From a virus, in IMG/VR virus record IMGVR_UViG_3300045988_021954, positions 1-41,355 of that record: a stretch of DNA of 41,355 nt. One strand, 5' to 3'. Positions 15,887 through 24,572 of the stretch are shown in pieces (positions within the stretch are counted from its first letter, which is position 1; the number at the start of each line of letters is the position of its first letter). The position numbers and the translations under genes are program-made. The notes under the pieces were generated by a model. That model did no database searches, was not told the DNA's origin, and was given only the letters and a program-made list of their open reading frames with translations.

Positions 15887-16252
15887 ATGAATATTACATT
15901 ACGAATTGGCGCGTTGGATGTGCATGAGAAAGTGTCCACTTACAACGTGCGGCGCGAAGTGAGCTATAGCAAGGTCATCACAACAATGGATGACACGGAG
16001 CACGCGGCCCGCTCGAAAGACAGATATATTGTCGAAACATCGTTTTTTCCGATGACAGAAGCAGAATCCACAGAATATTACAATGCGTTGATGGGTGGCA
16101 CCGTGAGCGTGACATTTACCGACCCTTATAGCGGTGCGGACACAGTAAAGACCATGCGCGTAACAAGCGACTTAGAAGCCGCGTTTGCGCTGGTCAGCGT
16201 GGATGGTAACCGGCGCTATAAGGGCGGCTCGGTACAGTTGAGGGAGATTTAA
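15887..16252 (+). CDS. Tail-associated protein (putative distal tail component)
   Basis: Starts 1 nt after the tape measure stop. 121 aa. No motif recognised. Confidence 0.4.
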   Translation: MNITLRIGALDVHEKVSTYNVRREVSYSKVITTMDDTEHAARSKDRYIVETSFFPMTEAESTEYYNALMGGTVSVTFTDPYSGADTVKTMRVTSDLEAAFALVSVDGNRRYKGGSVQLREI

Positions 16253-16956
16253 TGCACAGCGTAAGTGATTTATACTTAACACTGCTTGCTAACCGGAATC
16301 ATCGCGTAGAAACCAAATTAAGCATTGCGGGGGTGGAATATAGTCAAGCGGACATCGTAAAAAACAGCTTACGAGTGTATGGCGGACTGTATTCCACCTT
16401 TGGCATTGGTAATTGTTCGGCGCGGCAAATCGACGTCGAGCTTTACCCAAAAGGCACGATTCCACGGCAGGCGAAAATTGAGGTCTACATGCGGCTGCGG
16501 CTGGGCGAACAGGCGAGCGAATGGATCCCGAAAGGTGTTTTCTATTTTGCAACGCGGAAAACCGACAGAAAAACGGGCGTTTTGAGTGTGCACGGGTATG
16601 ACGCGATGCTCAAAGCGGAGGAGACGTGGCTCGACAGCAGCTATGACGCGGAGACATGGCCGATGCCTGCGGCGACGGCCGTCGCCGACATCGCGGCGCG
16701 CATGGGCGTGGCAGTGGACAGCCGCACGGTATTGGATGCGGCGTTTCCGATGCAGTACCCCGTGGACGACGAGGGCGATATGACGATGCGCGAGGCGCTG
16801 GGGCGTATTGCGGTTGCCAACGCGGGGAACTGGATCATCACGGACGAGGGGAAGCTACTGCTGGTCGGGCTCAACTCCATGCCCGCTGAGACTAATTATC
16901 TTATTACGGAGACCGGCAGCGCCATCACCTTTGGCGGCGTGCGTATCCTCGTGTAA
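16252..16956 (+). CDS. Tail tip / baseplate protein (putative)
   Basis: TAATG overlap with the previous gene. 234 aa. Assigned from position after the tape measure. Confidence 0.45.
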   Translation: MHSVSDLYLTLLANRNHRVETKLSIAGVEYSQADIVKNSLRVYGGLYSTFGIGNCSARQIDVELYPKGTIPRQAKIEVYMRLRLGEQASEWIPKGVFYFATRKTDRKTGVLSVHGYDAMLKAEETWLDSSYDAETWPMPAATAVADIAARMGVAVDSRTVLDAAFPMQYPVDDEGDMTMREALGRIAVANAGNWIITDEGKLLLVGLNSMPAETNYLITETGSAITFGGVRILV

Positions 16957-16966
16957 GGAGGGAAAC

Positions 16967-18052
16967 ATGGACAAAACCTATTTAGGGCGGCGGCTGGCGG
17001 AGTTTTCCCCGGGCATCGCGTCGCAGCCTATTACAAAGGTCGAGCTGCTCGACGAGAACGGCGATGTGGTCGGCGTGTCCGGATCGGACACCGGGCGGAC
17101 GCTGACGGCCCTGCAGCCGGACGGCACGAATGCGATGGCGGCGGCGATCCTCGCCAAAGTCTCCGGCTACAAGCACATCGGCTACGAGGGCAGCGAAGCA
17201 CTGCTTGATCCTGCGGTGGAGCTTGGCGACGCGGTGACGGTAGACGGACTATATGTGCCGCTCATCGCGCTGGACATGACGTTTGATCCGATGCTCGCGC
17301 CGAATATTTCCGCGCCGGACGCGGACGAGATCGACGACGAGTATCCGTACAAATCGCCGACGCAGCGGCAGATCGAGCGCAACATGGCGAAGACCCGCTC
17401 GCTCATCACCAAGACCAGCGAGGCGATCATGCTCAAGGTCGAGGGCATCGACGGCAAGTACACTGAGGTCAAGACCACGCTGGACGGCCTGACGGTGACG
17501 GACGCGAGCGGCACGACCAAGATCAACGGCAGCAGCATCAAGACGGACAATCTGTACGTCGATGCGGCGAATATCAAGGGTACGCTGACGGCCGACCAAA
17601 TCCAAGCAAGCAGTATCAGTGTCGGAGATCTCAAAGACGGATCAAGCTACGCAACGAAAAGCTACGTCGACAGCAACGCGGGCCTGAGCGCAAGCGAGGT
17701 CGACAATGCAATCGCGACGTACATTGACAGCACTTCTATCACAGCGCAGAAGTTGCGCGGCCAGACGGTGGAACTCCTGGCAAACAGCAATACCAAAGTG
17801 GGCGAACTTTCGCTCGTCGAGACGAACGTTGACTATGGTATCGGCATTAAAACCCTCTATGGCGGTATCAAGCTGGAATCGGCGACTAACGTATACCTAA
17901 AAGCCAGCGGTCCCTACGGTGGATTTATCACGCTGTCCAACAACATTGTGTCGCTCGGCGGCGGCGAGCTGTATATCGGCAGCCAGATGTACGGAAATAG
18001 CTTACCGGCCGGTAGCTGGGGAAAACTGTTTTTCCTCCGTTCGGTGAGGTGA
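16967..18052 (+). CDS. Tail tip / fibre protein (putative)
   Basis: ATG after AAGGAGGGAAAC. 361 aa. Ser/Thr/Gly-rich beta-type C-terminal half. Confidence 0.5.
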   Translation: MDKTYLGRRLAEFSPGIASQPITKVELLDENGDVVGVSGSDTGRTLTALQPDGTNAMAAAILAKVSGYKHIGYEGSEALLDPAVELGDAVTVDGLYVPLIALDMTFDPMLAPNISAPDADEIDDEYPYKSPTQRQIERNMAKTRSLITKTSEAIMLKVEGIDGKYTEVKTTLDGLTVTDASGTTKINGSSIKTDNLYVDAANIKGTLTADQIQASSISVGDLKDGSSYATKSYVDSNAGLSASEVDNAIATYIDSTSITAQKLRGQTVELLANSNTKVGELSLVETNVDYGIGIKTLYGGIKLESATNVYLKASGPYGGFITLSNNIVSLGGGELYIGSQMYGNSLPAGSWGKLFFLRSVR

Positions 18053-18055
18053 CGC

Positions 18056-18493
18056 ATGGCAAGTTTTAGCGTCAGCGTTACGGCGACGGGGTCAACGACA
18101 GCCGTTCTCAACGGCACGTTTTACGGAGACAGCTACCACGACCGAGCGCGTGCGATCTACGTGACCGGCATTCTGGGGTACGGGTATTACTTGACTTCGA
18201 ACGAGGATTCCGGCGCGAACAACACGTTTACGGATTCGTTCGACGGACTTACTCCCGGCAAAACCTACGATTGGGAGGCAGTGCTCTGCTATTGGGACAC
18301 CAACCTCAATCAATGGGTGGAGACCAGCTATTCCGACAGCGGATCGTTTACCACAGAGGGCGGCGGCACTACGGGCGGCGCGGTGTACATCTACACGGAT
18401 ATGTGGCGAGCGTATACGCCATACATCTACACGGACACGTGGAGACCCTACAACGCAGAAATCTACACCGACTCTTGGTGGGAGTCGGGATAA
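18056..18493 (+). CDS. FN3-like protein with C-terminal IYTDxW triple repeat
   Basis: LTPGKTYDWEAV resembles an FN3 strand pattern. C-terminus VYIYTDMWRAYTPYIYTDTWRPYNAEIYTDSWWESG. Confidence 0.5.
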   Translation: MASFSVSVTATGSTTAVLNGTFYGDSYHDRARAIYVTGILGYGYYLTSNEDSGANNTFTDSFDGLTPGKTYDWEAVLCYWDTNLNQWVETSYSDSGSFTTEGGGTTGGAVYIYTDMWRAYTPYIYTDTWRPYNAEIYTDSWWESG

Positions 18494-18502
18494 GGAGGAC
18501 CT

Positions 18503-18730
18503 ATGAAAAAGCAGGCAATGCAGATCCTTGACAGCGCATTTAATACGCTGTCTTTGGTGATGATCTCCGCGAACGACGCGGAGAAGATGGCAAAGGTCAA
18601 GGGAGAGCTGAGGCAGGCATATGCGATCCTTGAGCGGCTTGACCAGCAGACGGCGCACGTCCCCGCAGAGCCGCCCGCCAAAGAGGGCAAGACGAAGCTG
18701 GAAAAGGAAAGCGAGGTAACTGATGGCTGA
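18503..18730 (+). CDS. Hypothetical protein (75 aa)
   Basis: RBS GGAGGAC. Helical. Overlaps the next gene start. Confidence 0.5.
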   Translation: MKKQAMQILDSAFNTLSLVMISANDAEKMAKVKGELRQAYAILERLDQQTAHVPAEPPAKEGKTKLEKESEVTDG

Positions 18731-19937
18731 TAAAGCAATTGTTGATAAAGCAATTTCTGACCTCACCCAAGCGTTACAAATCACAAACGAAGACCTGTTT
18801 GTGCTTGAGCAGAGCGGCGAGGCGAAGAAGCTGAGAGGTGAAACGCTGCTGAACTTTGTCACGCTGAGTGTTGTATCGGTCACGGTGACAACGCTACCCG
18901 CTGGAAGCTCGGCAACGGCAACTTACGACAAGTCGACTGGTACGCTGGCGCTTGGCATCCCGCAGGGCAGCAAGGGCGACACCGGCGCGACCGGTGCGAC
19001 TGGCCCCGCAAACGTGCTGACCATCGGCTCGGTCACGTCCGGGAAGGTGGCGAGCGCGACCATTACCGGCGAAGCTCCGAATCAGGTGCTTAACCTTGTG
19101 CTCGAAAAAGGCGACAAGGGTGAACAGGGTAAGCAGGGTATTCAGGGTGAACAGGGTAAGCAGGGTATTCGGGGTGAAATTGGTCCACAGGGCAATCCCG
19201 GCGCAGATGCTCCCACGATTACTGGCATCACCATCCGGCAGAGCGACTATCACCTTATCGTGACGCTGTCGAACGGCACGAGCTATGACGCAGGCTATTG
19301 CCGTGGCGCTTCTGGTGCTGGTACGGGTGACATGCTGGCCTCAGTGTATGACCCTCAAAACAAGCGCCAGGACATCTTTGCATACATTGATAATGCTATC
19401 AAGGATGTCAAGGTAACTACTGACGCAACGCCTACGCAAGGCAGCGCGAACCCTGTGCAGTCGGGCGGCGTGTATTCGGCTCTCACCAATAAGCTGGACA
19501 AGACCGGCAACGGCAGTAACGTCACGGCGGCGTTCACGGCGGCAACCACCCGCGCAAACGTTGCGACGGGCGAAAAGCTTTCCGTGCTGTTTGGCAAGAT
19601 CGCAAAGTGGTTCGCCGACCTCGGCAGTCTGGCCTTTAAGTCTACGGTGGCAAAATCCGACCTTGCAAGCGACGTGCAGGCGAGTTTGGGCAAGGCTGAC
19701 AGCGCTTTGCAGAGTGCGCCGGTCACGTCGGTCAACGGCAAGACGGGCGCGGTCACGGTGAGTGTTCCGACAGTCCCCTCCACCACCTCTCTCATCAAGG
19801 GCAACGGCTCGGGCGGGCTGGTAGCAGCGACGCGTGGCAGCGACTACATCGCATCCGGCAACATTGTTAAGCAGACGCTTGTCGCAACGGAGACCACGCC
19901 CACCGAGAACTACGCGATCAACTGGCTGTTCGGCTAA
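18723..19937 (+). CDS. Tail fibre with collagen-like G-X-Y repeats
   Basis: GSKGDTGATGATGPA and KGDKGEQGKQGIQGEQGKQGIRGEIGPQGNPGA triplet repeats. Confidence 0.75.
   Translation: MADKAIVDKAISDLTQALQITNEDLFVLEQSGEAKKLRGETLLNFVTLSVVSVTVTTLPAGSSATATYDKSTGTLALGIPQGSKGDTGATGATGPANVLTIGSVTSGKVASATITGEAPNQVLNLVLEKGDKGEQGKQGIQGEQGKQGIRGEIGPQGNPGADAPTITGITIRQSDYHLIVTLSNGTSYDAGYCRGASGAGTGDMLASVYDPQNKRQDIFAYIDNAIKDVKVTTDATPTQGSANPVQSGGVYSALTNKLDKTGNGSNVTAAFTAATTRANVATGEKLSVLFGKIAKWFADLGSLAFKSTVAKSDLASDVQASLGKADSALQSAPVTSVNGKTGAVTVSVPTVPSTTSLIKGNGSGGLVAATRGSDYIASGNIVKQTLVATETTPTENYAINWLFG
19119..19172 (+). repeat. 27-bp tandem duplication inside the collagen-like segment
   Basis: ggtgaacagggtaagcagggtattcag / ggtgaacagggtaagcagggtattcgg (26 of 27 identical). 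Confidence 0.9.
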
Positions 19938-19947
19938 GGAGGCGCGC

Positions 19948-20943
19948 ATGGCATTACCAAACGGATACACAAAGCTTGAGTATATCGAGAGCACGGGGAC
20001 GCAGTACATTTCGACAGGAATCACACCGACAGAAAACACAAAAGTTGTGATTGAGTTTAGTTCTTCAAGCTCTTCCGGTGTTGTTTTCGGCCAAGATAGC
20101 GGCTATAAAGTAAATGCTTTTATGTTTGCAATGACAGTCGTCGTCTTTGATTCCACCAAAAAGGATATCTCAATCAGCGCAAACGCAAAGCATACCGTAC
20201 AGGTCGCGCCCAAAGCGTTCAAAGTCGACAATGGATCTTCGCAATACATTTATGCAAATAAGGTGAACGCCGCCTATCCTATGTTCTTATTCGGCAACAA
20301 CCGAAAGGGGAAATTCTCCGAGGGCGTAGCGATGAAACTTTACTCGTTCAAGGTTTACGAGAACGATGTACTCATTGCGGATTATATTCCGTGCAAACAA
20401 GGAAATGCTGTCGGCTTGTACGATGATGTAGCTGGTGCAATGAACCTTCCTTTGGGGGCAGGGGACTTTACGGCCGGGCCGTCTATTTCCGGCACGCACA
20501 GGACCCTCATCAACGGCACGGCCTATGAAGTGACGGGCGGGAAGTGCCTCGTCAACGGCACGGTGTACAACATCAAGAAAGGCAGGACGCTCATCAACGG
20601 GACGGGGTATGACATCAACTTTGAGCCGGATGTGAGCTTGACGTGGTACTTCAACGAAACCATTGATATAACGTCGCAGCCAGACAAATTCTGGGGGTAT
20701 AGTAGCGGGATTGCTGTCAGCTTTGTGTCTGGCTATTATGGCTTTACCTACGACCATCTTATCCGAGGCTACGACGACACTTACGGTGTAAGAACTTTAA
20801 TCTACTATAGAAAGATTAACGAGACCATGGAACTCGCCTACCGAAACGGCTGGCGGGGGGAGGTATACCGCACCATCACTTTTGATGAATTACCCACCGG
20901 TGATCTCTTGACGTGGCTGCAAGCCAACGCCACGCCGCAATAA
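19948..20943 (+). CDS. Putative receptor-binding / tail fibre protein
   Basis: ATG after AAGGAGG. N-terminus MALPNGYTKLEYIESTGTQYISTG. Repeats RTLINGTAYEV / CLVNGTVYNI / RTLINGTGYDI. AT-richer N-terminal half. Confidence 0.5.
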   Translation: MALPNGYTKLEYIESTGTQYISTGITPTENTKVVIEFSSSSSSGVVFGQDSGYKVNAFMFAMTVVVFDSTKKDISISANAKHTVQVAPKAFKVDNGSSQYIYANKVNAAYPMFLFGNNRKGKFSEGVAMKLYSFKVYENDVLIADYIPCKQGNAVGLYDDVAGAMNLPLGAGDFTAGPSISGTHRTLINGTAYEVTGGKCLVNGTVYNIKKGRTLINGTGYDINFEPDVSLTWYFNETIDITSQPDKFWGYSSGIAVSFVSGYYGFTYDHLIRGYDDTYGVRTLIYYRKINETMELAYRNGWRGEVYRTITFDELPTGDLLTWLQANATPQ

Positions 20944-20957
20944 GAAAGGAGCAGCAT

Positions 20958-21785
20958 ATGAGTATCTACGTAAAAGTCAACAACACGGAATATCCCGCTA
21001 CGGTCAACGGCAACCTTGTTGACCGCAACTGGAACGGCCGTGATACCAAAACCATCTATCTGACCATGTCCTACGACGCCGTAGCGGCACTGTTGCCCGA
21101 CAATACCCCGTGGAGCATCGTCCACCGTCTCGCGCTGGACGTGCTGGACGAGCAGGGGAATCCCACGGGCGAGACCAAAGAGGTCGTCAACGAGTACGAC
21201 AACAGCGAGTACAGCCTTGCTGGCGACATCACTGATCATCGCGACGGCACCGTGAGTATCAAGATGGGCAAGCCCACGGAATCCGAGCTTTCGGCGGCGA
21301 CCGTCACGGCGCTGGTCGGCCAGAGCATCACGCCGCAGCGCGCGGCAAGGCTGCGACCGATGATCGAGCAGGCCAGCGCGTCGCTCTCTGACGGTGAGGC
21401 GGCGAAGTCGCCCGAGCTGTTCCCGCGCTGGGCGGATCACATCGGCGAGACCGTCAAGCCCGGCGACCGCCGCAGCGATACGGACGAAAGCGGCGTGCTG
21501 CACGTGTATCGCGTCAACGATGGCCACGGTCACACCACTCAGGCCGACTGGCCTCCGCACAGCACTCCTGCAATGTGGACTATCATTGACCTCGAGCATG
21601 CTGGTACCCAAGATGACCCGATTCCGGCTGCTCGTGGTATGGAGTACACTTACGGTCTTTACTACAAAGACCCTGAGGATACTAAGCTGTACCTGTGCGA
21701 GCGCATGGGAGAGGCCGCGGGCGGGAAGATCGTCCTACAGTATCTGCCGCACGAGCTCGTGGGACAGTATTTCACGGCGGTCTAA
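20958..21785 (+). CDS. Hypothetical tail/lysis-proximal protein with possible carbohydrate-binding-like segment
   Basis: ATG after AAGGAGCAGC. The segment W..H.GE.V.PGD...Y.V....H.....W.P...PA.W loosely resembles CBM5/12-type motifs. Confidence 0.4.
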   Translation: MSIYVKVNNTEYPATVNGNLVDRNWNGRDTKTIYLTMSYDAVAALLPDNTPWSIVHRLALDVLDEQGNPTGETKEVVNEYDNSEYSLAGDITDHRDGTVSIKMGKPTESELSAATVTALVGQSITPQRAARLRPMIEQASASLSDGEAAKSPELFPRWADHIGETVKPGDRRSDTDESGVLHVYRVNDGHGHTTQADWPPHSTPAMWTIIDLEHAGTQDDPIPAARGMEYTYGLYYKDPEDTKLYLCERMGEAAGGKIVLQYLPHELVGQYFTAV

Positions 21786-21807
21786 GGCCGCAGAAAGGGA
21801 GCGGGAT

Positions 21808-22110
21808 ATGGATAATGCAAAGCACTACGATGACGCAGAGATCGCGCTGATCGAAAGTCGGTGCAAGAGCAATACGCATCGAATCAACGAGCTTCAGGAG
21901 CATCAAACGGCACTTGACAGGCTGGCGACTTCGGTCGAGGTGCTGGCGACCAAGCAGGAGACCGTCGAGGGAGACGTCAAAGAGATCAAAGAGGACGTGA
22001 AAGCCATCACGGGCAAGGCGGGGAAACGCTGGGACAGTCTGGTCGACAAGGCTCTCGCGGCGCTGGCGGGCGCGTTTATCGCGTGTCTGCTGTCAGGGGT
22101 GGCCTTATGA
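21808..22110 (+). CDS. XhlA-like lysis-associated membrane protein
   Basis: 100 aa. N-terminal coiled coil plus a single C-terminal TM (ALAALAGAFIACLLSGVAL). Directly upstream of the holins. Confidence 0.5.
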   Translation: MDNAKHYDDAEIALIESRCKSNTHRINELQEHQTALDRLATSVEVLATKQETVEGDVKEIKEDVKAITGKAGKRWDSLVDKALAALAGAFIACLLSGVAL

Positions 22111-22301
22111 AGAAACTAAGAAAGCGGGACAAGTACGTCATCGCGGCAGTGCTCAACCTCTGCTGGTACTGCATTGCGGTGCTCGTATTGACCGCGCATG
22201 ACAAGGTAGTGCCGGACAGCCTGACGGTCGCATGGTTCGCCGCGTGGACAGCGGAACTCGGTCTGCTGGCGGGAATCAAAATCAAGGGAAAGGACGAATA
22301 A
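22107..22301 (+). CDS. Holin (putative, 64 aa, 2 TM)
   Basis: ATGA overlap. Two hydrophobic segments. Charged C-terminus KIKGKDE. Confidence 0.6.
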   Translation: MKKLRKRDKYVIAAVLNLCWYCIAVLVLTAHDKVVPDSLTVAWFAAWTAELGLLAGIKIKGKDE

Positions 22302-22302
22302 C

Positions 22303-22506
22303 ATGAACGAAAGAATCATCAAGCGTATCGCAAACCTTTTGAGCGTCAAGAGCATTGTGACGCTGGTACTGACGGGCGTATTTGCTTACATGGCCGTCAC
22401 GGGCAACATCTCGCAGGACTTCATGACGATCTATGCGGTCATCATCGCGTTCTACTTCGGCACGCAGTCGCAGAAGGCACAGGACGCCATCGACAAGGGG
22501 GCGTGA
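22303..22506 (+). CDS. Holin (putative, 67 aa, 2 TM)
   Basis: Two hydrophobic segments (IVTLVLTGVFAYMAV, MTIYAVIIAFYFG). Polar C-terminus. Precedes the endolysin. Confidence 0.6.
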   Translation: MNERIIKRIANLLSVKSIVTLVLTGVFAYMAVTGNISQDFMTIYAVIIAFYFGTQSQKAQDAIDKGA

Positions 22507-22509
22507 GGC

Positions 22510-23085
22510 ATGGCGAGAGCAGAAGACATTCTTACCGTCGCTAAAAAAGAGATCGGCACGGTGGAGCAGCCGGGCAACCGACAGAAGTACGGCAAAGCCT
22601 ACGGCATGGACGGCGTGTACTGGTGTATGCAGTTCGTGTGGTGGTGCTTCCAGCAGGTGGATAAGCGGCTCTTTTACGGCGGCGGGAAGACCGCAAGCTG
22701 CGGCGAGCTGATGAACTACGCCAAGGCTCACGGGCAGTGGGTCACGTCCGGTTATCAGCCGGGCGACGTGCTCATCTATGACTTCCCCAACACGAAGGTC
22801 AAGACCGACCATTGCGGCATCTGCGAGAGCGTGAGTGGGCAGTACGTGATCGCCATCGAGGGCAATACCTCCAACGGCAACACCGGCAGCCAGAGCAACG
22901 GCGACGGGGTGTATCGCCGCAAGCGCAAGCTGTCGCTCGTGCTGGGCGCATACCGCCCGAAGTATGAGGCGAGTTACCGCGAGGTGCTCAAAAAGCGCGC
23001 GGGGCTGGAAGACAAGACGATGGACTACCTCGCGGCGTACAAGTACGGTGATGACTTAATTCGCAAACTCGCAACGATGAAATAA
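22510..23085 (+). CDS. Endolysin, CHAP-domain peptidoglycan hydrolase
   Basis: Cys motif YWCMQFVWWCF and His motif DHCGICESV...IEGNTS, typical of CHAP / NlpC-type amidases. Confidence 0.8.
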   Translation: MARAEDILTVAKKEIGTVEQPGNRQKYGKAYGMDGVYWCMQFVWWCFQQVDKRLFYGGGKTASCGELMNYAKAHGQWVTSGYQPGDVLIYDFPNTKVKTDHCGICESVSGQYVIAIEGNTSNGNTGSQSNGDGVYRRKRKLSLVLGAYRPKYEASYREVLKKRAGLEDKTMDYLAAYKYGDDLIRKLATMK

Positions 23086-23176
23086 ATGTGCCCGAATCGG
23101 GCACGGAAAGGGAAACGGGCGGGAGACCTGCAACGTCTCCCCTCGCGTGAGCGCTCTGCAAGCCCCGGTGCACAGC

Positions 23177-23422
23177 ATGGACAAGCAGCACCGAGCGATC
23201 CGCGCGCAACTATCCTCTATGGCCCCGCGCAGGGCTATAGCATACATCCAAGCCTATGACCTGCCGCCCGATGAGATGGCATGCCTCATCGAGTGTGACG
23301 TGCGAGGGCATTCCCTCGTGCAGGTCGCCGCTCAGCTCCACATGAGCGTGGACGGCCTCGCCAAGCTGCGCCGCCGGGCTTACCGCAAGCTTGCCGACGG
23401 GCAGAAAGAGAGCACCGACTAA
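23177..23422 (+). CDS. Sigma-70 region-4-like HTH protein (81 aa)
   Basis: LPPDEMACLIECDVRGHSLVQVAAQLHMSVDGLAKLRRRAYRKLA fits the region 4.2 pattern. Start uncertain (GTG at 23147 is possible). Confidence 0.5.
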   Translation: MDKQHRAIRAQLSSMAPRRAIAYIQAYDLPPDEMACLIECDVRGHSLVQVAAQLHMSVDGLAKLRRRAYRKLADGQKESTD

Positions 23423-23440
23423 TCAGTCGGTGCTCTCTTT
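23405..23440. terminator. Bidirectional terminator shared by convergent genes
   Basis: Perfect 16-bp arms AAAGAGAGCACCGACT / AGTCGGTGCTCTCTTT with loop aatc, then TTTT on the + strand. Confidence 0.8.
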
Positions 23441-24013
23441 TTTGACTTCGCTTTGCTTTGATTCCGTCCCGCTCCGGCGCTTGGCGTCCGCGCGATGCTG
23501 GACCTCTTTTCGATGGGCTGCGGCGCACTCAGGGGAGCAGGTAACGGTGGGGGTGCCGGGGACTATCTCCCAGCCACAGACAACACAGACCTTTACGCCG
23601 CTGCGGGATTTTTCGCGGCGTTTTATGTAGTAATCGTGTTCGGCGTTCCAGCTTTTTGACTGCGCGCGGTCGATTTCGCGGACGGCATCCGGGGCGCATT
23701 TTGGACAATACTTTTGCAATCCGGATTGGATGACATACTCTCCACCGCAGATCACGCAGTTATCGATATCTCCCAGATGCCGGGAAAAACCGGTGGACCG
23801 GTACTTTTGCTTCCGGGCCTTCTGCCGCTCTGCCCGACAGGTTGGGCAGTAGCTGGCTCGGGGCCCTCCGATGAAGTTGGCCCCGCAGGTGTGGCAGGTT
23901 CGCGTGCGCAGGGTGGTCGACCGGGATGCGGCAAGGCAGTCATCGCACTTCGCCTGCTCTGCGCGATCGGTGGAAAAAATCTTGCCGCAGGTGATACATT
24001 TTTTAGTCCGCAT
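23423..24013 (-). CDS. Multi-zinc-ribbon protein (196 aa), function unknown
   Basis: ATG 7 nt after AAGGAGA. Four CxxC...CxxC pairs (CITCG..CDDC, CHTCG..CPTC, CVICG..CPKC, CVVCG..CSPEC). Confidence 0.7.
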   Translation of the reverse strand: MRTKKCITCGKIFSTDRAEQAKCDDCLAASRSTTLRTRTCHTCGANFIGGPRASYCPTCRAERQKARKQKYRSTGFSRHLGDIDNCVICGGEYVIQSGLQKYCPKCAPDAVREIDRAQSKSWNAEHDYYIKRREKSRSGVKVCVVCGWEIVPGTPTVTCSPECAAAHRKEVQHRADAKRRSGTESKQSEVKKESTD

Positions 24014-24033
24014 ACACAGTCTCCTTTGCCGCG

Positions 24034-24315
24034 TTATAACAAAAATTTTGCATCTACGCCCAGCGCGTCGGCGATGGCAAGCAGGTTTTTGGCGGTCAGA
24101 TTGCCCGCCTCCGCCTCCCCCAGCTCCACGCGCTGGATCTGGCGGATATTGACGCCGGACTTCTTGGCAAGCTCGGACTGAGTCATGTCTGCCATGCGGC
24201 GCGACCACTCCAGCTTGGTGATCGGGCGGTTATGGCAGTCTCGCCCGTAATTGACCAGCGAGCAGGCGGTGCAGTCCCCGTCTTCGCGCTGGCAGTCGTT
24301 GTATTTTCGTCTCAT
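24034..24315 (-). CDS. XRE-family HTH regulator (93 aa), Aca-like position
   Basis: MTQSELAKKSGVNIRQIQRVELGEAEAGNLTAKNLLAIADALGV is an HTH_3 pattern. Cys-rich N-terminus. RBS GAAGGTGA. Confidence 0.75.
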   Translation of the reverse strand: MRRKYNDCQREDGDCTACSLVNYGRDCHNRPITKLEWSRRMADMTQSELAKKSGVNIRQIQRVELGEAEAGNLTAKNLLAIADALGVDAKFLL

Positions 24316-24331
24316 ATCGTAGTCACCTTCT

Positions 24332-24550
24332 TTAGAGGAGATCGTAGCCCACGAGAGGGAAATTACCGTATTCATCCGGCTCCTGCCCATACACAGGACG
24401 GAGGCGGCGGCCCCCGTCGATGTCCCATTCCTCACCGTTCCAGTAGCGGTCGCCGTACTGCTGGAGCCATTCGCCGAGAGCGGCGAGATTTTCGTCGGTG
24501 GGGTTCTTTATGGCCGCCTCGCGGAGTTCTTCATATCTGTATTCGTTCAT
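24332..24550 (-). CDS. Small acidic protein (72 aa), unknown
   Basis: RBS AGGAGGAGGAA. 16 D/E against 7 K/R. Confidence 0.65.
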   Translation of the reverse strand: MNEYRYEELREAAIKNPTDENLAALGEWLQQYGDRYWNGEEWDIDGGRRLRPVYGQEPDEYGNFPLVGYDLL

Positions 24551-24572
24551 GATGTTCCTCCTCCTGTAAGTT

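Noticed and set aside
23088-23140. Two GC hairpins after the endolysin (GTGCCCG-aat-CGGGCAC, and GGGAGAC-ctgcaac-GTCTCCC)
   Set aside because: Neither is followed by a U-tract, so I do not call them intrinsic terminators. They may still be RNA-stability elements.
23147-23176. GTG at 23147 as the start of the sigma-region-4-like ORF
   Set aside because: There is no RBS in front of either candidate start. I chose ATG 23177 conservatively, but the true start is unresolved.
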